Of a DNA stretch of 64,000 bases, positions 13,001-27,100 are shown one piece after another. The stretch covers positions 2,378,228 to 2,442,227 of the forward strand of contig CAJINV010000004.1 of NCBI GenBank assembly GCA_905178155.1, given 5' to 3'. Origin of the DNA: Amoebophrya sp. A120 (taxonomy: Eukaryota > Protista > Dinoflagellata). Made by a program: the position numbers and the translations under genes. The notes beneath the pieces were generated by a model, which worked only from the letters and a program-made list of their open reading frames with translations, was not told where the DNA came from and did no database searches. The stretch's first letter is position 1. The number at the start of each line of letters is the position of its first letter.

Positions 13001-16000
13001 GAGGAAGATTTGGCGAGGTATCGGGAGCAGTGGGAAGAGAGTGTCTGTGCGAAGGAGATGCTGGAGCAGAGTTTGCATTCGAAGCAAGAGGAAATTTCTC
13101 TGCTTGAACAGAAAATCGAGGTGCTCACGGACGGCAGAAAAAACGACAAGGAGAAGCTCCGGAAAGCACAACTTTTGGATAACGATCGCAAAAGAACGAT
13201 TGAAAAGTTGAAGGAGGCGGCTCTGTCGGACAACCAGTTGAAGGAAGAAAAGGCGAAGCTGGCCGAGGAACGCGAGGCACTGGAGCGGAAAAAGTATTAA
13301 CTTTTGTGCCAGGGCGAATTGGTGACACTTAGTCCGTTTTCAGTCGCTTTACAAAAATTATGAGAAGAAATTTCTTGAAGAAAGATGCAGAAGCTCAGAT
13401 ACCGCAATAGATTACTTATGCAGTGTATTGGGTACTTTTTTCTTCGGGGTAGAAGAACACAATTTTCTCTACAACTTCAACAGGCAGCAACTGCTGAACC
13501 AGGGTAAGGCCCTGGAGCAGGTGCAGAAGCGGCTCGATGACTGCACAACAGACCTGGAGGAACAGAAGAAGGCCTTCGTCGAGAAGGAAAAGCTCCGGCT
13601 GTTCGAAGCTTTCGGTGACGCCAGAGCGAAGGCCGGGGATCTCGGCTGGCGATGGAAAAGCGTGCGATGTACTAAGTTGGGAATTCGAACATTGTTTTTT
13701 CTATTGTAGAACGAGTTTTTCAAATTACTTAGTTTTTCTTTTGCGTTTAAGTGCTTTGTCAAGTCCTGCAGGTGCAGCACTACTAACCTCACTGTCGAAA
13801 TAAGTAATTTACAAAAATCTCGCTCAGTGCGTCTCCAGTGCCTGCATGCGTGGCACCACTTGACCAAACAACTACGGCATGAGAAGCACCAGCGCGAACT
13901 CCAGGACGAATTCGATGCCTGCACCAAGGAATGGGATGACCAGGTGGCCGAGAAGCTGCGGGAGCAGAAGGCCGCGTTTGAGAAGCAACGGGAGCAGGAC
14001 CGAGCCAGAACGCAGGGCAGGATCGACGAACTGCACAAGGAAGTGGCGGAGAGTATATTACTACAACCGTTTTAGTTTTTTGCTACTATTAAGAATCTCA
14101 CACAAACACAATGTGCTGTTGTGCTCGCGGCTCTAGCACTTGCAGCACCAGGAGCATGATGCTACTTACTAGATGGCAGGAAGGACTACGATTTCGATTT
14201 GTGAAGTGAATCTTCTATGCATTGAAACTGTACATGTACAACAGGTCGCCGCGTGTTTTCGGAGAACACCGAACTGCGGGGCTCCACCGTGGCTGCCCGG
14301 ACGTCGCTTTCCATTTTCAAGGACCTGATGAAGCAGCAAATCGGGAATTTCGAGGAGAAAACGGGGGAAAAAATCAGAACCATAGACCAGAAAACAAAAA
14401 ACCTCTTTGCCGTAGTCCAGACGTTACTGATTAAGCAGAAGGAGCTGCAGGTCCAGAAATTCTCCAATCCATCCGAAATCGAGCTGGGCGACTTGTACCG
14501 CGAATTGAAAATGACGTACGGGAGATTACTGTCCGCCCACGCGGCAAAAAAAAGGGAACTGAATCTGTGCAAACAGGAGCTGAAACGGCAGACGAAGAGG
14601 AAGGAGCAAAACAAGTCTGGTGCTGGTACTAGAATTCTGTCGCGGAGCGCTTCCACCTCCGGCTTGGGGTTGGGCGGCTCGTCGTGTTCGGGGCACGAAT
14701 ATCAAAGTGAAAAATCCCCCCTCCCCATATCGGAAACGGAAGATGCGCGAATTTGTGATGCTGTATTTGAGTACACAAATCGTAATCGACTTGTATTGCT
14801 AGAAGGCCAAGAGACGAAGCTGCGGCCTAAATTGCAGGCAATCTGTCATGCTGTTTCCCACTTCCAGTTGCCTCCTGTCATCCTGGAGCTGCAGGGCTTT
14901 CCCAGGCTAGACAGCGCTACAGTCTGCATCTTTTGCCTTCTAGCATCACAAAGCTGATTTGTTGCCACAAATCTGCATCACAGATTTCCGTTTTGATATG
15001 GGGAGGGGGCATTTTTCATGGTAATAACGAAAAGAGCGGAATGGACACACCGATGAACCTGTCCTGCAGTATATGCAGGAAAAAAACTGTGTAAGTGTAA
15101 CTCTGCAATGCAGAACATGCAACAGAGTTACGCCTGTCATGCCAGAGAGCCACGAAGTTCTCTTTTCATGTGTGTGTTCCCTTACGAGCCACGCATGACA
15201 GGTTTTCTCTGACATGTAGACCAAACTTGTGATGCTGTCGGCCAAGGAAAGTTACACTAACACAGTTTTTTTCTTGGATACAGTAGCAGCGCGAGTTTTG
15301 CGCAGTACGGAACCAGCGGCGCAAGGATCCAAAGCTTGGAGCAACAGGTATATACATATAGCTTGCTGTGGTTGTTAGTTTTTGTAATACAGCATCTCTG
15401 ATTTTGCTACGTCTTGTCTATGTTTTTTCTGAGCGCCTATGCAGCCGAATCTTATGAAACCGACACTGATCATATAAACGATGCTAACATTACATTTATC
15501 ACCTACTCCACCAGGTCGCCACTCTGCAGCTCGAGCGCGGGAAATCGGTTCGCGAGTCGACGGAATTGGAATCGAAACTTACTACTTTGACCTCTGAAAT
15601 CGAGGAGCAAAAGCGGATTTTGAGGAAGCAAAACCGGGTGGTGTGGAAGGTGCGCGAGAATGCGTGGAAGCTGGATACCTTCACGAAGTGGCGAAGGTTG
15701 TGCTGCAGCAGTAGGGACGTGCAGGTGAAGAGCTCTCCCCTGCTGGGGAAAAATACAAGACAAGGCAATCCTCCACTCCCCGATGACGAAAACGAGGAGG
15801 ATGCAGTGCTGCTAGAAGAAGATCCTGACAACGGAACAATCGCGGTCCATCAGCAGCATCAAGAAGACCCGGGGACTGTGTCTACTAAAGACACGGCGGC
15901 AACGTCTACCTCTAAGGAAATAATGAATTCGTACAACAATCCGACAGCCAGCAGTGCCGGAGTGAGCAGCTGCGAAGAAACAACTTCGATGGCATCAGAA

Positions 16001-16654
16001 AAGTTGTATTACACGTCGTCGAAGCAGCAGGCAGCGCGGACACGACCTAACGCCGCGTTCGTGTTGCAGACCTTGGCTGCGGCAAGACGGAAAGTTAAAG
16101 GGAGTAAGTGCCCCTCGCTCATACTGCGGGCTCTGCGACAAGCCCACGCGCAGGCGGGACAGGAAGTGGTATTTGTGAAGAGCGTTTTATCTGTTTGCGA
16201 GTCAGCTTTCTCTTTCCTTTTCGTCTTGTAGCGTTCGCACATTTCGTTCTTGGTTTCGTTCCTGATTTTACAACCTCAAGCACCTCCATGCTACTTAATG
16301 CAGGTGCGGTTCTGTTTTTTCGTGTGGATTTTCGACATTCGTGAGAAGCGGTACGAGCAAGCGCTGAGAAAGACGCAGAAGTGCTTGAGTCAGGAGAACA
16401 CAGCGATCCAGAGCCAGCTGGAGGCGCGGGAACAGGAGTTGCAGAAGACGCTACTGACGAAGCTGGAACTGACGGGCGAGATTGAACTTTTGCGAGAGAA
16501 ACTGAACAAAACGCTAGACCTGGAGCAAAAGTCCCGAAAGGAGGCGGAAAAGTGGCGCAAAGAGCACGGCATTCTGGCGGAGGAGGTCAAAAGCTTTTAC
16601 GCCTTGCACCAAAAAGTGCAGAGTCCAAGGGTGCTGAGCATGCAGGAGGTATGA
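10040..16654 (+). CDS. Large multi-exon coiled-coil protein with S/T-rich N-terminus
   Basis: ORFs 10040, 11627, 12341, 13428, 13827, 14253, 15566 and 16250 join in frame via TIR introns 11487-11649, 14700-15026, 15072-15280 and predicted GT-AG introns 12072-12377, 13294-13483, ~13676-13771, 14053-14244, 15348-15514, ~16169-16303. E/Q/K/L-rich heptads. Confidence 0.7.
11487..11649. mobile_element. TIR intron, family E (short), 163 bp
   Basis: TATGCAATGCAAAA...TTTTGCAGAGGATA; direct repeat TCAGT; join WRFQ|LLQKRF; reverse-orientation relative of 36442-36591. Confidence 0.85.
14700..15026. mobile_element. TIR intron, family B, 327 bp
   Basis: TATCAAAGTGAAAAATCCCCCCTCCCCATATC...GATATGGGGAGGGGGCATTTTTCATGGTAATA; direct repeat ACGAA; join GHE|KSGMD. 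Confidence 0.9.
15072..15280. mobile_element. TIR intron, family C, 209 bp
   Basis: TATGCAGGAAAAAAACTGTGTAAGTGTAAC...GTTACACTAACACAGTTTTTTTCTTGGATA; direct repeat CAGTA; join SCS|SSASFAQ. Confidence 0.9.
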
Positions 16655-18118
16655 CAGGATGTAGACATGCTGGAGAGGTGGGCGACGACCTCCGAGTGCC
16701 TTTATTGAGTATTACTAGGCAAGAAAAAAACAAATACTAATGATGCAATTTTCACATGATAATGACAGAAGTCCGACAAAAGAATTTGAATTTCGTTGAC
16801 AGCACTGAATGATTTATGACGTTGCACTGATTTGTTTCGAGTTCACCAATACAATAGCCAAAACATTAAGATTGCACCGGAAATAGAAATGCCGATGATT
16901 ATGTCGAAGCTTTCATGTAGATCTGACAAACAGATAATTGGCGACAGGACAATCGACAAAATGAACTTCTGTTTGAACTTTACGTACTTACAAAAGCAAA
17001 TTCTAAGTGTAGTCTTTTTCTCTCCTGCTCGGGTGCGGACAGATAATACCTGCATGACGATGACCACACCATTGCAATCGTTTCTGGTGCACCATTGCAA
17101 TCGCCCCGCAAGCTGATCTATTTTGCCTCAATTCAAGTTCAACATTTCGGAGCAGCTGCCCCAGGTATCTCTCTGGTATGATGTTGCATCGTCTCGGAGT
17201 GTCAACTTCTACAACGCCGAGAAGTTGTCGTATCGCCAGGAGTATTGTTAATATTTTGCCGGATCAAGAAGCTGGTAGTACACACTCACCTGTCGGATAG
17301 ATTAAACATCGTCACCCAAATGAACTTAACTTTTTCTTTCAATAGCCAATCGACGACAATTTAAAATTGATGACTCAAGCTGCACTATGCAGATTATAGC
17401 AAGAATCAAGCTCGTTTGTGAACAATTGCGGAAGAACTTTTCGAACGCGTTTCTCAAACGTACAGAGCACGAAAAGTCAGAAAGGGCACTACTTGCATTC
17501 CACCTGCGTTCTAGGAAGCAAGATAGAGGTGCAGAAACAAAGAAATGAACAGGAGGTCGCGTTCGTTTAGATTGTGAAAGGTACCTCCGAAAAATCAGAC
17601 TTTTTCGGTGAAAAAGTCTCCTGTCCGCTGTCGGTAGATAAATAATTGCCAGCTATGGTCATACATTGTTTTCCTGGTCGTCGGTTCGATCTCCCGTGAT
17701 AGGTAATCCAGAATCTGTATGTACTCACATAAAAGCTGCTCGCATTTCGGTCGTGCATAATTTTCGTACATCAGACTGATTGTCCTTCGCCCCGTGCATT
17801 CAGGCGAAGATTTTTCGGTGGAGTTGTGGTGCTCGTTTCTGCTTCTGTCGAATCGTGCAAACTAGCAGATTTCTGTAAGTACGTACTTGTGTCATCGTCG
17901 TGCCGTCCGCGCCACTCAGGTTCCAAAGCTTCTGTTGTGCTCTTAGTACCAAGGTATTGAAAACCAAAACTATGGACATTCGCTTGTTGTTATGTGACCA
18001 ACACAGGACCTCCCCGCCTTTGACATTACATTATTTATTTTTTACACTACTTGCGCCAATTATTTTTGTACCTATCATTTTTCCAAGTAATTTCTTTATT
18101 GAAATACCCATCAAATAA

Positions 18119-21100
18119 ATGAAGGCACTAGAACATCAGTCAGTCCATTCGTATTCCATTTGGGCTGCACTAGGTGCCTATTTGTTTCTTTTCCCCCGCC
18201 ACTTTATCGCCCCCGTGGTTCTTGCGAAGGGCAGTAGTGACAACATTTCTTCTACTGACCGAAGTCCGTCCCCGACATCTAGGCAATTACAAGACAACAT
18301 ACGACCACCGACACCACCCTTGTTATCTCTAGAAAGTTTGAAAATCTTGACGGATTTCGTAAAAAGACAGGATGAGCAGCAAAAACTGCTGCGGGAGCAA
18401 AGGAGAGAGGAGATAAAGGGGAAAAGAACCCTACTGGGGCCGCAGTTGTTGTCCAAAACGGCAGTACTATCTACAGCACCACAACCACACAAAGCGCGTC
18501 GTCCTGTCAGTGCAATAAATTCATCTTCCCCGCCCCCGTCCCGTCGCCTCACAGCAAGTTCTTCCACCACGGCACCAGAAACGGAGGTTTGCTTTACCTA
18601 TTTCAAAGCCAACCATTTGGATTGCACGCGAAACAAGGATTACAGTGTGAACTTTCAAGTTGCGTCAGCGAGTTGTGTAGCCAGTCCAGCCAGTTGCGCG
18701 GAGTGCGGGCAAACGGACCAGGGCTACAGTACCATCGCGGTTTGCGACCAAGACTATTCGACGCTGACAACGGGCGCGCAATGCGCTTACTCCGTGATGA
18801 ATACCTGTTCCGAAGCGGTAGTGGACGGGACGGGGAAGTTAAATCTGCTGAAGCTGAACAAAAAGTACAACTACAACCCACCTCTGCAGCTCCCACCGGC
18901 AGACCACCCAAATTTGCCGTTTCACCTCTCCGGGGTGACCAGGAGGCTGCAGAGCCCGTTTTTCCACTCCGTTGGGTTCTGCTCGGAAGCAACAACCAGC
19001 GAAGTTTGGGTGGACACGGGCGTCTTCACGAAGTGCTCGATCCCCTACGCGATCGATTTGGGACTTGGCGCGAAGAAATTAAACGAGATCAAGAAAATCT
19101 GCTCGGTCGATACCCCGTACGCCGGTTACAACCTGGTCTGTGACACGTTCGTGCTGACCGATACAAACCAGCCGTTGGATGGGAATCTGAATTTCAAAAT
19201 CCTCACCAAATTTCTGCCGGGAAGCTTCACGAACAATGTATTGAAAAAGCCGATTGATTTCACAAAGGGAACCGACACCGCCGAAGCGTGCGGCACAGGG
19301 ATAGGCACCGTACAATCGGTCCGGTTGTACGCGCGCCACAGCGCCGCCTGTCCAAGGGTTTCTATTCGTGTTGGTCAGCGGTACGTTTTGGCGTCGAACG
19401 AGCAAATCTGGTGGGTGGCGTCGGTGCATGGGACCGCCGTCGCGAAAAAGCTGATCGACGTGCACATGTGCGGGCCGCAGAGGCAAGACCGGGTGTGCGA
19501 CGGCGGGCACAGTTCGCGGACGAAATGCGATCAGGAGCGCGGGGTGTGCGTTGGGGTGGATACGGTTTTGAGTCCGCCGATGTCGGAAAAATCGAAGCAA
19601 GAGACGAAGTTTGATTTCTCTTCTATCCCAACATACTGCCTCGACAGCGCAACAAGTAATGCTGTCATTCCCGGAGACACAATCACTATCAAATGCAAAT
19701 ATGTCTGGGTCTGGAAGAGTGCAAGTTTGTCATGCTTGTCTGGCATGACTCGAGAATCTGTGTTGCATAGGCACGAAAAGGCCCTCTTACCCGTCATGCA
19801 AAAACGCAGCTTTCCATGCGGAATACGTAAGACATAGGAGCCAAAAAATTTGTCATGCGTAGCTGCGTATTGCAGTGCTTCTACCATTCACTTTTAGCAT
19901 TACAAGTTCCCAGGCCCAGACATATTTGCAATGCATAATCACCACCGGGTTGCAAATTCGGTTCGGGAGCTGCGAGGACCGGCTGACGCGGGATATCACT
20001 TGTAAAAATGTCTGGGTCTGGAAACTTGTGATGCTGGGTGGCGTCTCATGATGAGGCCACAAGTGCTGGCTCAGCATGACAAGTTTCTGAGCTTCTAGGT
20101 GTTGCCTATTCTGCATGACAAACTGCGTTTCTGCATCAAAAAAAAATGGAGCTCTTGGGTAACGTGCATGACAGGTTTAAGAGTCATGCCAGACAAGCAT
20201 GACAAACTTGCACTCTTCCAGACCCAGACATTTTTGCATTTGATACGGGACACCGGCGCCGCACTCTTCGAGAAACCGCAGGCGAAGTGCTTTGCGGATC
20301 TGCCCGGGTGTTCCGACAGCTGTCCAACGGCGAAAAACGGCGTGTGCGAGGACGGCGGTGTGAACCAAAATCCCTTACCGGAGAGCAAAGGTGGATACAG
20401 TTACTACAAATGCCCTCTAGGCACCGACTGCACCGACTGCGGACCCACCGCGAACTTGTGGCGCCGGGTTTTGAAGACGGATTTTGCGGAACAGCCGTTT
20501 TACTCCAGCTCGGAATTCAAGGATTTTCTGCAGAGAGAAGTCTTCCGCAAGACAATCGGCTCGGGCGACGGGTGGGGCGCGCGCGTCCGGTTTTGCCCCG
20601 TTTTTTACAACGGGCTGACCGGGAAATACGAGGATCCGGCGGACCAAGCAGGTTTGACCTCCCCGTGTTTCGAATCCCTTGCTACGCTTCAATCAGACGC
20701 GCTGTGGGGGCAGGAACACAGTTGGAACTGGTTTTCGCAACTAGAACAAATTGGGTACAACACGCCTGTGGAGTGCGGGGACTATTGCCTTGCGGAGCAT
20801 TTGGATTTTGAAACTAATCTGTACCAAAGTCTTCCCCGGAGGCACCAGTTCAGAAGGAACAAAAACGCGGCAAAAGTTGTACAACTAGGGAACAGTGAAG
20901 TAATAAATCTCGAACAAGATCTGTCCCTCGAGTTCGCCAGTCCTGAATTTGAGCTCACGTCCCTCATCTCGGACAACCAAGCAAAGCTGCTTCACGGAAA
21001 GCAGACACAGGGCGTCTATTTGTCCGGGAAGGTGTCCGACTACGGTGCTACTTTCGCGGCAGGGTCCAAGTATGGGGTTGACTACAAACAGCAAACTCGG

Positions 21101-24100
21101 TTTCTGAACTGTCCTTTCAAAGCCTCTTATCCTCCGAACGGGTTTATTCAAGCAGACGGGAGTTTGAGCAAGGACCGCTTTCCCGTGCTGTCGCAGGGGA
21201 TGAGCTACTGCGCGTTTGACAAAATTTCCACCACTGGCATCCCGGAGTCGGCGACGACGGATGTAATCCCGCTCGTCGGTGTCGCGGTGGACGTCTCGTG
21301 TGCGCACGATGCCAGTGATTTGACGTTCACGACGACCACCACGCCTTCCCCACTCGTGGACCATGGTCGGGACTTCGTGTGTGTCACGAAGTTCGCGAAA
21401 ATCCCCGGGGACGCAAAATCGGCGGAAGATTTTGTGGAGCCGTGCTCGAGCAACCAAAAGTTCGCAACCTCGTATCCGGTCCTGTCTGGACTCGACGCGG
21501 CGACCATATCAAATGTAAAAATGTCTGGGTCTGGAAGCTTGTGATGCTGGGTGGCGTCCCATGATGAGGCCGCAAGTGCTGGCTCAGCATGACAAGTTTC
21601 TAAGCTTCTAGGTGTTGCCTATTCTGCATGACAAACTGCGTTTCTGCATCACAGAAAAATGGAGCTCTTGGGTAACGTGCATGACAGATTTAAGAGTCAT
21701 ACCAGACAAGCATGACAAACATGCATTTTTCCAGACCCAGACATTTTTGCACTTGATAGACCAATGTTCCGAAATGCGATTTGACCGCCACCGGGAGTGA
21801 CATCCCGGTGAAGTGTCCGAATTCGAGGTGTAACTACGAATTCCTGTTCGGGATCAACCAGATGGGGTACAGTGCGGCCTGGTGCGAGGAACCGAACTTC
21901 TCCCGGTGCACCATCGGCGAGGCGGCCGCGGACTGCTTCACCGCGGCGAAGGCGGCGAAGCAGTATCTCGACCAGTACGCAGACACAGAGAGTGCGACCC
22001 TCGCGAGCGGCGCGGACCTGGACTACACCATGGAGCTTGGCCGCATCGGGGTGTGTATTCACCAAAGTGCCACCCAGTACAGCATGCGCATCTTCGGCCA
22101 CTGCGAGGCGAACCGGAACCAGCGGGTCGCGAGTCCGCCCTTCCACATTGGGGGGTTAAAGCCGCAGGAATTCACCGTCGGAGCGTTAACATCAAACCGC
22201 CTGGAGACCTGCCTCCCGGCCTGCAGCGACAGCTGTCCCTCCGCTTTGAACGGCATTTGCGAGGATGGGGGGGAGAATAGCGTCGCTGGTGTCGGCGTGG
22301 GGGGGATAAAGATCGGAAAGTACAGTGGGGTTTCCGGGGGGTACCGCTGTCCTCTAGGGACGGACTGCAGCGATTGTGGGGTGCGGGAACGAGTCTGGCA
22401 CCGGGTGTATGATCACAAAACTGATAGTACTACGCAGAACCGGATGTCCACTTGGGAGGAAGTGATAGAGGGGTCTTCCCTGAAAGAAGACCACGGTTCT
22501 TTGACGCAAACCAGGTTCCGGTTGTGCCGCACGACGGGCGGATTAGTCGGCGGGGGAACAGGGTCTTCATCTTCATCAGCTTCTAGTACAGCGACCACTA
22601 CAGACGCGCTCGACTGCGTGGAGTCGTTCGCGACCGTGAACTTACGGGAAACGATTGTGGAGAAGAAATCGCTAAACACGGTGAAGAGTAAATCCGGGTT
22701 CTGCGACGCCAACTGTCTGCGCGCGCACCCTGGGTGGACATCGAGCACTCTACAGGCGGATTTTGTCGACGCGGCCATGCTCGCGGATCGCGGCCCGGGG
22801 TTTCAGCTGCGACACAATATAGGTCGGGGGAAGGTCGCGCCTTCGGTGGATGCGGCTTATCCGGATCGGGTCTTCGAACCGTGGATAAATCGCTTGAGTT
22901 ACGCCGGGGTACTTGGGCAAGAGCCGGTGACGAACGGTATCTGGCAGACGTCGGGCAATATTCTCGGGGTAAATTGCACAGACGCGACGTCGTCGTCGTC
23001 CACTGTGGGCGGTGGTGGTGGTCAAGACGGGAGTTCCGAACGAGTCGGGGAATGTCACTTCGTAGACAATTACGACGTGAGTGGTCTTCAACAAAGCGCC
23101 GCTTCCTATGTCGAGCGAAGATCCTATTTGGTTCTGGACGTGAGCTGCGATATAGCGACAACAACGACCACGACAACAACGATACTAGGCGCTGTTGCGG
23201 ATACGACGTCGACAACTGAGGAAGCTGGTGATGGAGTTGGAGAGCCTACAACGACTAAACCCACGACGACATCAACAACAGCTGTGGAGCAAGAAACGAC
23301 CCAGACACCGACTACAACGGAGCCACCAGCGACCGAGAACGTCGCGATCGATGTATCAAAAAGAAAAATCCCCCCTCCCCATATCAAAACGGAAATCAGT
23401 GATGCATATTTGTGATCACAAATCAGCTTTGTCATGCTAGAAGGTAAAAGGTGCGGACTTTAGTACAGGGTGGTGTGGGAATTCCTCGCACTTTCAGCAT
23501 GACAGGAGGCAGCCGGAAGTATGGAACAGCATGACAAATTGCCTGCAAACCAGGCCACAGCTGCGACTCTTGGCCTTCTAGCAATACGAATCGATTTGTG
23601 TACTCAAATACAGCATCACAAATTTCGTTTTCGATATGGGGAGGGGAGATTTTTCCTTTTGATACGATGTGGCCATGTCGCTGGACCTCGCCGTGATCCC
23701 GGTTTCGGCCGAAGGGCAGGCCAAGGTGAAGGCCGCCGTAGGCACCGCCACCGGCTCGGTGTTTTGCCGCACCTTCCAGGCCATGTGGCTGCCGGAGGGC
23801 GTCCAGACCAGCACTCAGGCAGAGAAAGCGGCGGCAGCAAAGCTCTGCCAGCAGGCCCAGAACGGGGGTTCGAACCCGGAGTATACGGGCCCAAGCGTGT
23901 TCTGGTCGGCCGAAATGAGCAGCACCGGGGGACCGCCCGGGTTTGCGGAAGCGGCAAAACCCGTGCAGATCTCGTTTACTAGCGACGAGGACGAGGTGGC
24001 TGCGAGAGTGGTTGTGCCTTCTACTCCTGTAGGAGACGGTGCTGCCACGAACACTTTCGCGGGGAGACGAGAGAGGAGACTAGTGGAAGATGTCGTCGCG

Positions 24101-27100
24101 CATCAGCTGCTCGAAAAAGAAAGGAAAACAACTGGTAGATCGGCAACCGCCGATGTTGAACACAATAAAGCAGATGCAGGCCGTGACCGTGAAGTAGATA
24201 GCACCACTTTTCTGCAAGAAGGCGGCATCTTCAAACATGTCTTTGAAAACCTGCTCGTAACCGAATTGCGGGGGTTAGTACTCGACGACGGCCCGCGGCT
24301 CCTCACAACTGCCTCCTCCGTTTCCGGATCTCTCGCCTTTCAAATGTCTCTGACCGCGCCCGGTGCGAGTCCCGCCCTCGTTCAGCAAGCGCAGGCAAGC
24401 CAAACCGCGGCGAACAATCGCAACGTGACCAACGCCCTCACCTCGCAGGCGCAGTTGAATGTGGCCAGTGCGGGCTTCCCGAACGTCGCGAATGCCGTGG
24501 CCGCGCGCGCGGTGTCCGCAGTAAGTGTGGATGGCGGAACAACTATTACGACGACTCTGGCGCCTTCAGACCCGACCAACAGTACCACGGGCGCGGGAGC
24601 CGCTAGGGGAACTAACAACACGACAGACGAAGAAAGCGACACGCTCGTGGTCGTCGTCATTTGCGGCTTTGGCCTCGCGTTGCTCACCTGCATGATTGTC
24701 CCGGCCTGCCGGCTGCACATCGCCCGGAAAGCGCAGCGGGAGCGGGATATGGTGCGCATTGCGGAGGTCGAGGAAGAGAAGTTGATCCGGCTGAAGATGA
24801 AAGCTTCTGTGGGTACTATGGACCACGTCGTCGTACAGGGTGTAGAAGTCCCACCAGCTCCACGCTTGTCGCGCGATAGTCGTGCAACGGATTCTGCCAG
24901 GAGAATTTCCTCCTCCAAAAAGTCATCGCTGGACAACTCCTCGGTGGAGGACCGGCGCACCTCGGTGCACGGTACCGAGGCGGAGCGGCACTGGCAATCG
25001 TTTTTGTCGGATTACAACAAGAAGAAATCGGCCTACAAGTACGGCATGAAGTGGAAGGGGAAAATCCGCGCAACCGATTTGCAAAAAGCCGGCATGAAGA
25101 ATTCTTCATACCAGAAAGCCCCAAGCCGTTTCTCCGCGAAGGAAGTCTCCGGCAGCGCGCCGGTGCAAAGGCCTAGCTCCGGGTTCAACGCGGAGGAAGT
25201 GGATCAACCCCACCACTTCGTCTGGCGGCCGACCGTCGAAGAACAAGAACCGGGGGAACAAGGCAGGAAAAGACGGAGTTCAACTACCTCCTCGTCCAGG
25301 AGCAGTGGTAGAGCTGCCAAGAGCAGTATCATTCCCGCGGACGTCAACGATTTCTGGGAGCCGGAGGACATGCACTACAAAAAATCCGACATGCGGTCGA
25401 TGCGGCGGAGCCAAAATCAGAGTAAGATCGAGGCGGGGCTTATCAAATGTAAAAATGTCTGGGTCTGGAAGAATGCAACTTGTGATGCTGAATTTGGATT
25501 CCAAAAAAAACTGTATTGCATGAGCAGCAAAGGGAATGCAATTTTTGCTACGCGGAGAGGGCATTTGTCATGCGGAATAGGCATCGCGAAGCCCTCAAAA
25601 AAGCTGTGATGCTACGGCATGCATCACAGACATCATGGCCAATGCAAAACATGCATGACAAGTCTCAGAATCTTCCAGACCCAGACATTTTTACACTTGA
25701 TAGGGCTGTTCGACTTTGCCGAGTTGGAGAAAGACACGTGGCTGCAACGTGGGGGACCAGACGTAGGATTTTACACCGCAGTGTACCAGCGAGACCAGTT
25801 TTTCTCCAGTGTACCGGAGAACAGCAAACACGGTTTAGACAGTCACAGCAGACATTTCTGGCGAGACAACGCGACAACAACCACGGACGAAATGGGTAAG
25901 TCCAGTGTGAACACGACGGGTCACGCAACTGCGTCGAATTATCAAAAAATCTCCCGTATTGAGAACAGCACCGCCGAGCCGCCCGCACCGATCTCGGTTC
26001 TGCGTGCCACGGCGCAGACAGAGAGTGCTCTTGGTCCTTTCGCGCGACAGGGCAGCGGTAGTGCGGGCTACGGGGCCGCGGCCTCTAGTATCTCGCGCGG
26101 AAGCGATGGGTCTAGGCCGACCGCGGGTCGTGCGGAAGTAGAGGAAGAAGATGTCATGTTTCGCCCGACTGCTCGGCGATCCTCTCGGCGCGCGTCCGCA
26201 CGGAAAAGTGCGGCGGCACAAGAACAATCGCAGCAGGCTCCTGCCGGCACATCCGGGCGAGGGTTCTTCGGCGCGGTTGGTAACCTCTTCACCGGCGGGC
26301 TGTTTGGCGGTGGAAGTGGTACTAGAGCAGCGGAGCAAGATTTTGCAGCCGCAGGAGCCCCTGGCAGTTCCGGCAGTGCCGCGGTCGAGCTCCAAACACA
26401 GAGGCGAAGCAGGAGAAGCGTGCAAGAAAACGAAACTTCTTCTTACATGCCTGCGAGAAGCGGTGCAGCAGGTTCCTCTTCCTCTTCGCCCGCGCGCGTG
26501 GGTGTGCGACCGAAGGAGCCGAAAGTTTCAGACACACGACCAAAAACCTACGAGAAGTTTTCCTACACTGAGAACAGCGAGCCGGAACTCTGGCGACCCA
26601 GCAGTCGGAACCAAAACAAGACGGTCGAAGAGGGTAAGAACAAGCAGGATTTGTTGCAAGTGAGAACAAAGCAAAGAGCCGACGCAAGAGAGGTGGACCA
26701 AGACTCCACCCCGGAGCGCAGTGAGGACAGCGATTTGTGGCGCCCGAGTACTGGTGCAGCTTCTGGTGCAGAGAAAAAGATTAAAGTAGACGTCCTGGCA
26801 CAAGAAGAAGTTGTACTAGAAAGCAGTCCAAATCCAAAGAATAAAGCGAGGCAAGTCTCTTCCGATTCCGACTCGACCCCGCAAACCAGTCTCGAGGGGG
26901 ACCTCTGGCGGCCGTCAGGAGGTGCACCTACACCTGATGGACACGAGGACCAAAACAGCACCCGAAGAACGACGCGGCACAGCGTGCGCGCGATGGAGAA
27001 CCCCGTTTTCCCGGACCAAGACCACCACACCAACATGCGGGCGAGTTACTACCAGGATGCACTGGCAGGGGCCGCCGCGCGGGCCAGCGTGGCGTCGCGG

